DNA of 63,642 nucleotides, counting the filler, from Octopus bimaculoides (taxonomy: Eukaryota), in the NCBI RefSeq assembly GCF_001194135.2. It is 8 parts of 8 records of this genome, joined end to end, with 100 filler letters (N's around TTAATTAATTAA, not from the genome) between each part and the next. Parts side by side here need not be neighbours in the genome. Positions count along the whole stretch, not along the records: positions 1 to 12,904 come from NC_069006.1; positions 13,005 to 23,391 come from NC_068986.1; positions 23,492 to 37,457 come from NC_068984.1; 5 more parts are not named here. One strand, written 5' to 3'. Positions 10,765-23,917 of this stretch are shown in pieces (the stretch's first letter is position 1; every line of letters starts with the position of its first letter). Both the position numbers and the translations under genes were made by a program. The notes under the pieces were generated by a model. That model was given only the letters and a program-made list of their open reading frames with translations. It was not told the DNA's origin and made no database searches.

Positions 10765-11679
10765 ATGAGGGTAAGTGAGGAAATTTAAGAACTGAACAAT
10801 TAGTGACTTTGTGTAAATTTTTTAAAAAATAGAAAAGAAAAGGGAAAACCAACAGATACAAGACAGAATATTGAACTGTTAGTAAAACGTTATATAAAAA
10901 CAGTAAAATGAAACTGCCTGCTNNNNNNNNNNNNNNNNNNNNNNNNNNNNNNNNNNNNNNNNNNNNNNNNNNNNNNNNNNNNNNNNNNNNNNNNNNNNNN
11001 NNNNNNNNNNNNNNNNNNNNNNNNNNNNNNNNNNNNNNNNNNCAGGTAAGTCATTCCGTCCTCATTTTTCATTGTATCCATAATTTCATACGATATGTGT
11101 TTTTATGTACCCCATTGTATTGTTTTGTATGTAATTGTATTATCCCCACTCTTTAAGAGCCGTGTGCTCAATAAAAGAAATTAAGACTACACAGCCACAG
11201 CAGGAGATGTAAATGACATGAAATGTAAAAACCAGACTGGATTGTTTTATGCGCAACTCCATTATCACCCAGCACAAAAGGATGCCAACAACAAGGTGAC
11301 CTGGTACCAGTTGCTTGTCTATACTTTTATTCTATTATACACATTGTGTATTAAATATGACACACAACATTTTATACATACATTTCTCATACCGCTCTCT
11401 AAAACAACTCTTTCTTGTTTGTACAGCTCCCTAAAATGATTCCCACTCGCCTCCTCCCCCCCCCTCTGGACTAACCAAACCAGATAGCAACCTACTTAAT
11501 ATAACATTAGCATTTTTATACTTCTACCATATTCATCTTCATATTTTTGTTTATATCTGCAGCACCATAATGCTCATATTGCTTATATTTACAATGCCCA
11601 AAACACTTTCATATACAATACTTCCTTACTCCACACTCCCAATAGAGGTAACAATCTCAACATGTTTGAATGACAGTAG

Positions 11680-12645
11680 GTTAATAGTGAGAACAACTGT
11701 TGTGAATGTAGGCACATTGAAAGGTAGGTCTAGTGAGATGGTAGAGATGCTTGAACAAAGGCGTGTTGATGTATGTTGCATACAAGAGGTAAGGTAGAGA
11801 GGAGCCTCGGCCAGAATCCTCACAGGCAAAGTACATAGGCATAAACTCTTTTGGGAAGGTAACAGTGACAGAGTAGTGTGTATGGACATACTTCTTGCAG
11901 AGAAATGGGTGGATAAGGTCATAGAGGTAGTCAGGGTGTGTGATAGAGTGCTTAAACTCGGGCTAATCTTGCAGAATCGTATAGCTACAATTATCTCTGC
12001 CTGTGCCTCACAAGCGGGCCTACCAAATGAACAGAAGGATCACCTTTATGATATTCTTCTGCAGGCTACCTCAAAGACAAACGACAATGATCTCATCTTT
12101 GTGGCTGAAGATTTTAATGGGTATGTCAGACAGCCACCTGGTATCTTCCATGATGTACATGAGGACCATGCAGTTGTTACTAGAAATGAAGAGGGAACTA
12201 GGCCCCTGGGGTTCTGCGATGTAAATTACCTATTGATCTGCAACACCAACTTTAGGAAGCCAGCCAGTCACCTGACAACCTATAAATCAGGTGACTCTGC
12301 AAGCCAGACAAATTTCATTCACATCAGACAGCAAGATGCATGGTTGCTCTTAAATACAAAGAGCCTCCCTGGTGAAGAATGTATCCCCCAGCATAGACCA
12401 GTTATTAGTGACTTTAGACTTGAGGCCAGAAGGATGCCAAGAAGCAGACCAATCTGAAAAAGAAAGACTTGGGAACTTAAGAACCCTTCACATCAGAGAT
12501 TTATGGATATGCTTACCAAGAAATTTGATGAGAGGGAGCAGGAACTAGACTTGTGACATAAAAGGCAACTGGGAATTCCTGCGAGACAGCTTGCTGAGTG
12601 CCACAGACCAAATCTTTGGCTGGTGCAAAGTCCCTTCCAGACCTA
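11680..12645 (+). mobile_element. RTE-type LINE APE endonuclease region (decayed)
   Basis: VVNVGTLKGRSSEMVEMLEQRRVDVCCIQEVR; IFVAEDFNGYV; LLICNTNFRKPASHLTTYKSG...QTNFIHIR; EECIPQHRPVISDF. Confidence 0.9.
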
Positions 12646-12948
12646 GTAACTCGGCACCTCGAGAGGTAACTCGATGCCGTCCAGCAGCGTTATGGGACGT
12701 TGGATGGATGGTCTAGTGAAAATGCTCAGGGTCTGGTTTTGGGCCAAACCTACAGTTAGAGAAGAATTGGAGCGAGGTCACGAGCAGGGTGGCCCATCCA
12801 ACCCAGACCTTATCTGGGTGATAACTATACCTGATAAGGAGGGTGGCGGTCGCAAATGTGTTTATTGTGCCTTGTTTCAATTCATGGCTAATCAAGATGG
12901 AACGNNNNNNNNNNNNNNNNNNNNNNNNNNNNNNNNNNNNNNNNNNNN

Positions 12949-12960
12949 TTAATTAATTAA
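12949..12960. other. Assembly linker TTAATTAATTAA between ~44-N spacers; also at 23436-23447, 37502-37513, 44190-44201, 48069-48080, 55845-55856 and 58015-58026
   Basis: Identical 12-mer with stops in all six frames, always embedded in equal N-runs; not biological. Confidence 0.9.
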
Positions 12961-13004
12961 NNNNNNNNNNNNNNNNNNNNNNNNNNNNNNNNNNNNNNNN
13001 NNNN

Positions 13005-13035
<31 letters not shown>

Positions 13036-13097
13036 GCATGCATATACAAATGCGTGCATGTGCGTGTGTGTAATCATTTAAGCATGTTTATATGCAT

Positions 13098-13148
13098 GTA
13101 CGTATGTATGTATGTATGTATGTATGTATGTATGTATGTATGTATGTA
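13098..13148. repeat. (TATG)n microsatellite
   Basis: Directly visible. Confidence 0.95.
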
Positions 13149-14499
13149 TCTCTAATACACAGATATACATAAGCGAAACAACTTCTAAGGGAAACTCATA
13201 AAAATACACCCAACAATAAGCATGATTTGCCAGTGTCACTAATGTAGGCCAAACCAAAGCTAGGGTTATAAATTGTCGTACGATAGAGTTAAATCAGTAC
13301 ATCTTTTAATGACAAGTGTATTGAAGGAAAGGAAAACAAAACTCAGCGGAAATACAGCCATATTGTTTGATGCGTTGCACAATACTTAACAACTATACTG
13401 TTCAATACATATATCTTCCAGGATTTATTTTGTATACATGTGTAAGTTTATGGCTGTCTGTATATAGATGTGTAGATACATACGTGCATACTTACACACA
13501 TACGTATATGTATCCATGCACGTATTTGTGTTTGTGTGTCTATATATACAAACACATACACACATACATATATATATATATATGTATACATACANNNNNN
13601 NNNNNNNNNNNNNNNNNNNNNNNNNNNNNNNNNNNNNNNNNNNNNNNNNNNNNNNNNNNNNNNNNNNNNNNNNNNNNNNNNNNNNNNNNNNNNNNNNNNN
13701 NNNNNNNNNNNNNNNNNNNNNNNNNNNNNNNNNNNNNNNNNNNNNNNNNNNNNNNNNNNNNNNNNNNNNNNNNNNNNNNNNNNNNNNNNNNNNNNNNNNN
13801 NNNNNNNNNNNNNNNNNNNNNNNNNNNNNNNNNNNNNNNNNNNNNNNNNNNNNNNNNNNNNNNNNNNNNNNNNNNNNNNNNNNNNNNNNNNNNNNNNNNN
13901 NNNNNNNNNNNNNNNNNNNNNNNNNNNNNNNNNNNNNNNNNNNNNNNNNNNNNNNNNNNNNNNNNNNNNNNNNNNNNNNNNNNNNNNNNNNNNNNNNNNN
14001 NNNNNNNNNNNNNNNNNNNNNNNNNNNNNNNNNNNNNNNNNNNNNNNNNNNNNNNNNNNNNNNNNNNNNNNNNNNNNNNNNNNNNNNNNNNNNNNNNNNN
14101 NNNNNNNNNNNNNNNNNNNNNNNNNNNNNNNNNNNNNNNNNNNNNNNNNNNNNNNNNNNNNNNNNNNNNNNNNNNNNNNNNNNNNNNNNNNNNNNNNNNN
14201 NNNNNNNNNNNNNNNNNNNNNNNNNNNNNNNNNNNNNNNNNNNNNNNNNNNNNNNNNNNNNNNNNNNNNNNNNNNNNNNNNNNNNNNNNNNNNNNNNNNN
14301 NNNNNNNNNNNNNNNNNNNNNNNNNNNNNNNNNNNNNNNNNNNNNNGGGATATTCCAAGGGGCTTTCCGTTTTCTTATGTGTTCGTTCCGTTGTCTGTAG
14401 TTTATTGTTCTAACGTCCTGTACCCTGATATGCATGTATATACACATGTAGATGTAAGTATGTACATATATGTGTGTATACATGTATATATATTCTTTG

Positions 14500-14538
<39 letters not shown>

Positions 14539-14662
14539 CAGATGCATACTCATGTATATACATACATAAGAACACGTATATACACTCGCAGACGCAAATA
14601 TATTTACGCAGGTGAAGATTATGCGTAAGACTGTCACAGTGAAATGGTAACATATATAAATA

Positions 14663-14707
<45 letters not shown>

Positions 14708-14727
14708 TTCTTTTATTATTTATTTTT

Positions 14728-15148
14728 TTCAGTCATTAGACTGCGGCCATGCCGGGGAATTGTCTTGCAGATTGTTGGTCAAACAAATTGACCCCAGTAC
14801 GCATTTTTCAAGCATGGTACTTATTCTATCGGTCCATTTAGTCGAACCCTTAAGTCACGAGTGACATAAACACACCAACACGGGTTTTCAAGCAGTGGTG
14901 GTGGTGCTGGTGGTGGTGATACAGACAGGTGTATACACACTGACACACACTGACACAAACACATGCACAGACAAACACACACCCCACACACGCACATACG
15001 CTGAGTTTCTTTCAGTCTCTCACAACCAAATACATTCAGAAGCCTTTTGTCGGCTCACTGCTATAGCAGAGACAGATGTCCAAGTTTCCTCGCGGTAGAA
15101 CTGAACGTGGAACCATGCAGCTGGGATGCAAACTTCACTCACCACACC
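14728..15148 (-). mobile_element. SINE family A, diverged copy
   Basis: ttcagtcattagactgcggccatg...gtacttattctatcgg...gtagaactgaacgtggaaccatgcagctgggatgcaaact matches 811-1222. Confidence 0.8.
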
Positions 15149-16495
15149 TAACATGTCGAAAAATGCGACCTGACGAAATTGCTAGTCCTGTTCTCTTCAG
15201 CTTTCACTACTCCTCTGTATAACAATATATACAGTCGTAGCCAAAAATGTTGGGAACCACGTACCCGGTGTCATTTCAAGTTGGCTGGAAAATAAGTTTA
15301 TATTCCGTTTCTCCGCTCGAAGAGCTAGATGGCATATTGTGTACGTCAAACTTTGAATGCATACGTATAGAAAATAAATGGAATATACGCATGAATTTAA
15401 ACATAGTTAAGCTATTTTTATTTATGAAAATCTCTTCGTTTATACCATCATTATATTATATACACACAGGTAAGTACAAAGATTCAAAACAAGGTGGAGA
15501 AGATAGCACTCGAATACCAAAGGGTAAAACGAAATATTATTTTATCAAAGCCGAAAACATCTTCAGCTTTAATAAAATAGCNNNNNNNNNNNNNNNNNNN
15601 NNNNNNNNNNNNNNNNNNNNNNNNNNNNNNNNNNNNNNNNNNNNNNNNNNNNNNNNNNNNNNNNNNNNNNNNNNNNNNNNNNNNNNNNNNNNNNNNNNNN
15701 NNNNNNNNNNNNNNNNNNNNNNNNNNNNNNNNNNNNNNNNNNNNNNNNNNNNNNNNNNNNNNNNNNNNNNNNNNNNNNNNNNNNNNNNNNNNNNNNNNNN
15801 NNNNNNNNNNNNNNNNNNNNNNNNNNNNNNNNNNNNNNNNNNNNNNNNNNNNNNNNNNNNNNNNNNNNNNNNNNNNNNNNNNNNNNNNNNNNNNNNNNNN
15901 NNNNNNNNNNNNNNNNNNNNNNNNNNNNNNNNNNNNNNNNNNNNNNNNNNNNNNNNNNNNNNNNNNNNNNNNNNNNNNNNNNNNNNNNNNNNNNNNNNNN
16001 NNNNNNNNNNNNNNNNNNNNNNNNNNNNNNNNNNNNNNNNNNNNNNNNNNNNNNNNNNNNNNNNNNNNNNNNNNNNNNNNNNNNNNNNNNNNNNNNNNNN
16101 NNNNNNNNNNNNNNNNNNNNNNNNNNNNNNNNNNNNNNNNNNNNNNNNNNNNNNNNNNNNNNNNNNNNNNNNNNNNNNNNNNNNNNNNNNNNNNNNNNNN
16201 NNNNNNNNNNNNNNNNNNNNNNNNNNNNNNNNNNNNNNNNNNNNNNNNNNNNNNNNNNNNNNNNNNNNNNNNNNNNNNNNNNNNNNNNNNNNNNNNNNNN
16301 NNNNNNNNNNNNNNNNNNNNNNNNNNNNNNNNNNNNNNNNNNNNNNNNNNNNNNNNNNNNNNNNNNNNNNNNNNNNNNNNNNNNNNNNNNNNNNNNNNNN
16401 NNNNNNNNNNNNNNNNNNNNNNNNNNNNNNNNNNNNNNNNNNNNNNNNNNNNNNNNNNNNNNNNNNNCATATATGTATATATATATATATATATA

Positions 16496-16539
<44 letters not shown>

Positions 16540-17159
16540 GAGGATTGTTTATGCAATATGTACATAGAACTATTTATACGATATATTTGTACGTGTAGAG
16601 TGTGAGTGCATGCGTGCGCGTAGTGTGTATGTACGTTGGAAATATGTTGCTTTTCGCATTAAAAATAATTTTGATTTCGTTAAACATACCCTCAGATATA
16701 TTCGGTGCATTTTTTAAAAATCAATTCACGCTTCTTTGGCATTTCAAGACAATAATTTTTTCTATCTTTCGCGTACTCCATCTGTGTGTATTTATGTGTG
16801 TGTGTATATACATATGTGTGTGTATGAATGTATGTATGTAATGTGAAGTAATAACCACTATATGCTTAAAGAGTCAAAATAATTCGGAAATAAATAAAGG
16901 GAGGGATAGATAAATAGATAAATACAGAGAAACTGCGAAAACCGTAGTGGGATGGGATAAAATGGAGAGCAAGAGACAAGATGGCGGTAAAGAGGGGGAA
17001 AAAAGGAAATGTTAAAATAATTAAAAACACGTGTGGTAATATGTTTATGTGTATGTGTGAGAAAGATAGAGAGTGTATGTGTCTATGTACGCCGACGTGT
17101 GTATGAGAATAATGTGCTTGTGAATATATAGGTAGAATTTAGATGCACACACATGTATG

Positions 17160-17198
<39 letters not shown>

Positions 17199-18042
17199 NN
17201 NNNNNNNNNNNNNNNNNNNNNNNNNNNNNNNNNNNNNNNNNNNNNNNNNNNNNNNNNNNNNNNNNNNNNNNNNNNNNNNNNNNNNNNNNNNNNNNNNNNN
17301 NNNNNNNNNNNNNNNNNNNNNNNNNNNNNNNNNNNNNNNNNNNNNNNNNNNNNNNNNNNNNNNNNNNNNNNNNNNNNNNNNNNNNNNNNNNNNNNNNNNN
17401 NNNNNNNNNNNNNNNNNNNNNNNNNNNNNNNNNNNNNNNNNNNNNNNNNNNNNNNNNNNNNNNNNNNNNNNNNNNNNNNNNNNNNNNNNNNNNNNNNNNN
17501 NNNNNNNNNNNNNNNNNNNNNNNNNNNNNNNNNNNNNNNNNNNNNNNNNNNNNNNNNNNNNNNNNNNNNNNNNNNNNNNNNNNNNNNNNNNNNNNNNNNN
17601 NNNNNNNNNNNNNNNNNNNNNNNNNNNNNNNNNNNNNNNNNNNNNNNNNNNNNNNNNNNNNNNNNNNNNNNNNNNNNNNNNNNNNNNNNNNNNNNNNNNN
17701 NNNNNNNNNNNNNNNNNNNNNNNNNNNNNNNNNNNNNNNNNNNNNNNNNNNNNNNNNNNNNNNNNNNNNNNNNNNNNNNNNNNNNNNNNNNNNNNNNNNN
17801 NNNNNNNNNNNNNNNNNNNNNNNNNNNNNNNNNNNNNNNNNNNNNNNNNNNNNNNNNNNNNNNNNNNNNNNNNNNNNNNNNNNNNNNNNNNNNNNNNNNN
17901 NNNNNNNNNNNNNNNNNNNNNNNNNNNNNNNNNNNNNNNNTATATATATATATACAAATACCTAGACACACATCTATATGAAGGAGTGTGTATATCTACA
18001 CACAAATATATTATTTGTATAAATATATGATTTGTATAAATG

Positions 18043-18160
18043 CCGGCGAGGTGGCAGAATTGTTAGCACACTACACCAAGTGGTGTAGTATTTCTTCTGG
18101 GTTTACGTTCTGATTTCAAATCCCCGTGGGGTTGACATTGTGCCTTTCATCCTTATACTG
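18043..18160 (+). mobile_element. SINE family B, degenerate
   Basis: GGCGAGGTGGCAGAATTGTTAGCA (A box)...TTCTGATTTCAAATCCC (B box)...tttcatcct, as at 25647. Confidence 0.6.
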
Positions 18161-18310
18161 GTGACGTTCCAGTATGACCGCAACATGAAAGCAAATACAT
18201 ACATATGCATATGGATATGCATGTGTATGTCTATATACTACTAAAAGTCTGTGATTGCTTGCTTGCGTGCTTGCTTGTTGCGTGCTTGCTTGCTTGCTTG
18301 CTTGCGTGCT

Positions 18311-18795
18311 TGTCTGTAATTGAATACAGCCCGACCGGCGCATAGTGGGAAAATACTCTGAAAGTAAGTTGCCCCCGAAATGTGAATACAAACGGAATAA
18401 AACATGTTTCACGTAAATTGGACCACGGATTCCCGAGATGCACGTTTTTTTGGGCGGGGGGGTTCCACAAATTTAGGCAGTAATACCTAGAGTTATTGCC
18501 CTTTAATGTGCACACCTATATATTTTTATTTGCATGCTGGCCTCCGTTCGTGCTTGTCTGTAATTTAATACACCCAAACCGGCTCATAATGGGAGAATAC
18601 TCTGAAAGTAAGGTCCTCCTCAAATGTGAATACAGACGAAATAATACAAATTTCGCGTAAATCCGTCCACGGATTCCTGAGATGCGCGGTTTGTATGATT
18701 TTTTTTCTTTTTGTGGGGCTACCATCAGAAATAGCCAAATCGGTACATAATGGGAAAATACTCCGAAAGTAACATAACCCTGAAATGTGAAATTT
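18311..18795. repeat. Diverged ~244-bp tandem unit (two copies plus a partial) next to a (GCTT)n tract; probable non-autonomous DNA element interior
   Basis: tgtctgtaatt.aatac at 18311 and 18555; aatactc(t/c)gaaagtaa three times; ccacggattcc.gagatgc twice. Confidence 0.7.
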
Positions 18796-19868
18796 TTTTT
18801 CCATTAATTTTATGTGTACGTTATATAGTAATTCCTTTTGCATTTTTGTAGAAGTGTGCACATATGCCATAAATAAATGCTGTTACTGGAGTTCAAGTTT
18901 AGCTCGGAAGTTCTATTTCTATTAGATACTGTAAATAATCAATAAAACCTTAAACATGAACTTGTAAACCAGACTTATGATGACACGAACGAATTGAAAT
19001 ATTTAACTGAATCATCATANNNNNNNNNNNNNNNNNNNNNNNNNNNNNNNNNNNNNNNNNNNNNNNNNNNNNNNNNNNNNNNNNNNNNNNNNNNNNNNNN
19101 NNNNNNNNNNNNNNNNNNNNNNNNNNNNNNNNNNNNNNNNNNNNNNNNNNNNNNNNNNNNNNNNNNNNNNNNNNNNNNNNNNNNNNNNNNNNNNNNNNNN
19201 NNNNNNNNNNNNNNNNNNNNNNNNNNNNNNNNNNNNNNNNNNNNNNNNNNNNNNNNNNNNNNNNNNNNNNNNNNNNNNNNNNNNNNNNNNNNNNNNNNNN
19301 NNNNNNNNNNNNNNNNNNNNNNNNNNNNNNNNNNNNNNNNNNNNNNNNNNNNNNNNNNNNNNNNNNNNNNNNNNNNNNNNNNNNNNNNNNNNNNNNNNNN
19401 NNNNNNNNNNNNNNNNNNNNNNNNNNNNNNNNNNNNNNNNNNNNNNNNNNNNNNNNNNNNNNNNNNNNNNNNNNNNNNNNNNNNNNNNNNNNNNNNNNNN
19501 NNNNNNNNNNNNNNNNNNNNNNNNNNNNNNNGTAAATTTGACTATGCTAGCAAACTGTGTAAGCATGGACTAGTAACATTCGACACCGACACAGGTCTGA
19601 AAGCATAACCGAATCCACCTCGGTCAGCCAGTCTAACTGTCCTTCCCTCAAGAAATTACCATGTGCGCGACAAGTGATATCGCAGAGAATCTACGTATAC
19701 TACCAGGGAGTGAATAATTATTACAAATTAAAAGGGTAAAGGATTATCAATTTATTAATTAATAAATCAATTAACAATTAACAATTTTTACCAAGCCCAT
19801 CGGTATGAAAGCACCATTATTGGTGGAGAACTTATTTAAAAGGTGAAGCAAACATATATATTTATAGA

Positions 19869-19900
<32 letters not shown>

Positions 19901-20634
19901 TGTGTTTATATATATGGATTACGTGTGTGTGTTTGAGTGATTATATCATATGATTGTATTATATCATACTACAATAGCAGCCATGCGTATTTATTATATA
20001 ATTATTCGTAAAAAAGATATAATCAGATGAATTCACTATATTTCAATAAATTGATTGAGAAAGTTGTTGGCAATCTTCAGCTAATCTGGGATTGTTATTT
20101 CACTCAGAATGGTTGTATATTAGCAATTCATAGAATCCAAGTTGAATTTCTTAAAATTGCACCCCATCTCCAAAGAAATATTAGTCAGTAAAAAAAAANN
20201 NNNNNNNNNNNNNNNNNNNNNNNNNNNNNNNNNNNNNNNNNNNNNNNNNNNNNNNNNNNNNNNNNNNNNNNNNNNNNNNNNNNNNNNNNNNNNNNNNNGT
20301 ATATATAAACATACATACATATACATTCATACACATATGTATGCGTGTGTGTGTGTATTTAAACACTAGGTTTTGTAGTGTACTCTTCTATCTGAACAAT
20401 ATATACATGCGTCTGTGCATGTATATACATATGTATGTGCGTGTGTGTGTGTGTGTGTGCACAGATATATGCGGATTTATATATATATGTTTATGTGTAT
20501 ATGTACATATTTAAATGTGTACCTGTATAAACGTAAATATATTTTATATATATTCTATATATATATTTTTTATATGTATATATATTTTATACATTTTAAC
20601 ATGAACATAGGTTCACAATTATATATGTATACAT

Positions 20635-20671
<37 letters not shown>

Positions 20672-21541
20672 TATACATACGCACGTGCGTATCGATGTGT
20701 AGATGTGTTTGTCTCTATTCGATCTATAAATAAGTTTAGTTTGCAAACCAATAACTGTTGTGCCAATCTAAAGTCACTATCGTTCGTTGCTTTTTTTTCA
20801 AACGTGACACCCTTCAATTCGTTTCTGTCAGGTTTTAGGTATAATATGTGTTCCTCTTGTTTCTTATGCTTTGTTTTGTTATAAAACATCATGTGTTTAA
20901 ACTTCTTCTTTCTCTCTTCTATGCTGTTAAAAAGAAATTCCAACAGAAATTCGTATTAGTGTTGTTATGTAAACGAAGCTGACATTCATTCGTTGTTGCT
21001 TGTAAACTAGGAAATGGATTTTCTTAATGGTTACTTTTATTTTCTGTCTATTTTGGTTCCAAATTTACGTTGGTTTCCTTTCGGGAGATTATAATGCTGC
21101 TGCCCACTATTGTCATCCTGTTTAATTCAATGTTCTATCTATTTACGGAATATATAATATGTAAAAGACGGCATCACCATACATTTTGACAGGACTCTCC
21201 GATTTCAGTTACCCCTCCATGTGTATCAGCCTTGCTAATTTGGTCGATATTTATTGCATGGAATCTAGTGAAGTTGATCTTTGCAAGGTTCGAACCGGGC
21301 GGCGTAAAACAGACGCAAGTAAATACCGCAAGGTATTTTATCGAATGTTCTGCCGAAATTACAAGGGGGGACTGAAAATTCAATAGGTTGACTCTGAAGG
21401 AATGATGCTAGAACTTTGAAATCTTGCATGCCTCAATTTCATCTCTTCTTATTAATAGGTGCAGTATTGCTTCCTGTGTAAACTAACACCTGACTGTTGA
21501 AAGAAGACTTGGAATGTAACAAGTAGCGACTCCTCATCAAA

Positions 21542-22557
21542 ATGGACAAAATTTGACATCATGGTGTTATCATGTACCTGTATAAAATGGGGTTTAGTCC
21601 CCAAGGACAGTCTTGCAAACATGGTTGCTACATTACGGGATAATGCTCTAGCTTTATCAACAGTGCGAAATCGGGCAGCTGAATTTAGGAGGAAACGAGA
21701 GAAACTTGAAGATGACCCAACGAATGGATGTCCTGCAACAATCACCAGCAAGGAAAACATTGATCGTCCTCATCTCATGATGATGGATGACAGGCGATTG
21801 ACTATAAATCAACTAACCAACGATATTAGCATATTCTGTGAGAGAATTGAGAATATCGTACGCAATGAACTCGATATGACAAAAGTTTCTGCTCGGGGAG
21901 TGCCATGTCTTCTGACACCTGATCAAAAGTGCACCAGGCTGATCACATCACAGGAAAATCTGACATTGTTTGAGGCAGATCCAGTTGGTTTATTTGAACG
22001 TTTCCTAATCCTGAACAAGTGTTGGCTTCATGACTTTGAGCCAAACAAGAAGAGACAGCCCATGCAGTGGAAACATCCCTCCCCACCTATTCCAAAGAAG
22101 GCCAAGGTCTTTTCGTCTGCAAAGAAGTTGATGGCCTCAGTTTTGGGGGAAAGAAGACAACATCAATGTATAGTACTATGCCAACTTTCTGAGGCAATTA
22201 CGAAAGTCTATCAAGACCAAACGCCCATGAAAACTGATGAAAGGTGTCTTGTTTCATACAGGACAATGCTTCAGCACAGAAGCGCTTGGCTCCAATGGCT
22301 GCTGTGCATGACTGTGACTTTGAACTGGTTGATCACCATAACTATCCTCCTGATTTGGCCCTCTCTCACTATCATCTGTTCTCCAACATAAAACGACACC
22401 TAAATGGGAACCAGTATCCGCAGTGACGATGATGTCATATATGCTACTGATGTCTCTTGTGACCAACAGGATTAAAACTTCACCAGCAATGGGATCCAAG
22501 CACTGAAGCACCGATGGAAGAAATGTGGACCGCAGGAGGGACTATGTTGAAAAATAA
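21542..22557 (+). mobile_element. Mariner (Tc1/mariner) transposase pseudogene
   Basis: ATG 21542 (MDKI); DDRRLTINQL; KVSARGVPCLLT (WVPxxL motif); MQWKHPSPPIPKKAK; QDNASAQK; YPPDLALSHYHLF (YSPDLAPSD motif); ends gactatgttgaaaaataa (DYVEK*); several frameshifts. Confidence 0.92.
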
Positions 22558-22611
22558 ACCTCATGTATGTGTTGATAGATATATCTTTTTATCTTTTATA
22601 TTTTATATTTT

Positions 22612-22952
22612 ATCTTTTACTTGTTTCAGTAGTTGGACTGCGGCCAAGCTGGGGCTCCGTATTGTACGGATCAGTCAAGCAAATCATCCTCAGAACTTAT
22701 TTTTGTTTTAATCTGGTATTTATTCTAGCGCTCTCCGAACACTTCCTTTACCGGGACGTAAACAAACCAACACTGGAATTGCTGTGAAGTCAGTCGTCTA
22801 TACGTCAAGGAAACCGGGTAACCGGCTTTATGTGTCCCAGGAGTGATAGTAAACAAGAGCACTCAGAGAGCGCAAATTTCTGCCAAAGTGCCACGCGGTG
22901 GGACTGAACCGGGAACCGTGCGGTTGGGAAGCAAGCTTCGTATCAGGCAGCT
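22612..22952 (-). mobile_element. SINE family A, diverged and internally rearranged
   Basis: tcttttacttgtttcagt...gactgcggcca...gacgtaaacaaacc...gccacgcggtgggactgaaccgggaaccgtgcggttgggaagcaagctt. Confidence 0.75.
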
Positions 22953-23360
22953 AAGGCTTGCCATCAGTCGCTTGACGAACGGAAACGAGAGAACTTGTTT
23001 GTAACGACACACAAGATAACAGATCTAAATAAAAATCTAAAGAGTGTTGGAAAAATCCTATCGCAAGTAGGCACATTCAGGAAGGCTATAATCTAAAATG
23101 TTTGATTTCAAATAAACCAAGGTAGGAGAGATTTCATTAGCCTAGGTGTAGCTGTGACATTATTGATGTTGCCATAGAAATTCAAAGTGCCTACGTACAG
23201 GTGTGTCTATATCTTTATCTGCATCTAAGTACCCTTGCCTACATAGACAAATTCATGTATTAAGAAAACAATCCACGAGTGCTCATTCTCCATCTCGTAC
23301 AACATTCGCTTTCTTTTTTCCTATCTACCCTCTTTCATTTTCTCTCACTCTCCCTACATT

Positions 23361-23391
<31 letters not shown>

Positions 23392-23537
23392 NNNNNNNNN
23401 NNNNNNNNNNNNNNNNNNNNNNNNNNNNNNNNNNNTTAATTAATTAANNNNNNNNNNNNNNNNNNNNNNNNNNNNNNNNNNNNNNNNNNNNGTGTTTGTG
23501 TCTGTTTATATATATATATATATATATATACACATAA

Positions 23538-23594
<57 letters not shown>

Positions 23595-23612
23595 CATAGC
23601 ATTATTAATTCC

Positions 23613-23917
23613 GGATATTTGTGGTTTTCGTCACTGTTTACAATTTTGTTCCAATAGTTTTCAAATTTGGTATATGGATTAAGTTTTGTTCACTGCCTCA
23701 TCCCCGATGATAGAAGAGGCAGTGAACGCCCTGTTCCCTGATTGGCTGAAAATTCTGAAAATGATCAAACTTTGAACATCTGTAACATTTTTGCAAAATT
23801 TTTGTTTGAATAAAGGAATAACAAATTCGGATTCAGCATTAAAAATCACATTTATACGATACATTAAGAATTGTTTTTAAAGATAATTGTAAACAATGAC
23901 GAAAACCACAAAGATCC
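23613..23917. mobile_element. 305-bp MITE with 33-bp TIRs and 8-bp TSD TTAATTCC
   Basis: Left TIR ggatatttgtggttttcgtcactgtttacaatt (23613-23645); right TIR aattgtaaacaatgacgaaaaccacaaagatcc (23885-23917); TTAATTCC at 23605-23612 and 23918-23925. Confidence 0.85.

Noticed and set aside
12650-12904. GC-richer segment interrupting the RTE endonuclease fragment, possibly an LTR piece
   Set aside because: Truncated by a gap with no termini or motif to classify it.
20596-20943. 115-aa minus-strand ORF (MEFLFNSIEERKKKF...)
   Set aside because: No recognisable motif, it ends in microsatellite, and has no clear splice signals; it cannot be supported as a gene.
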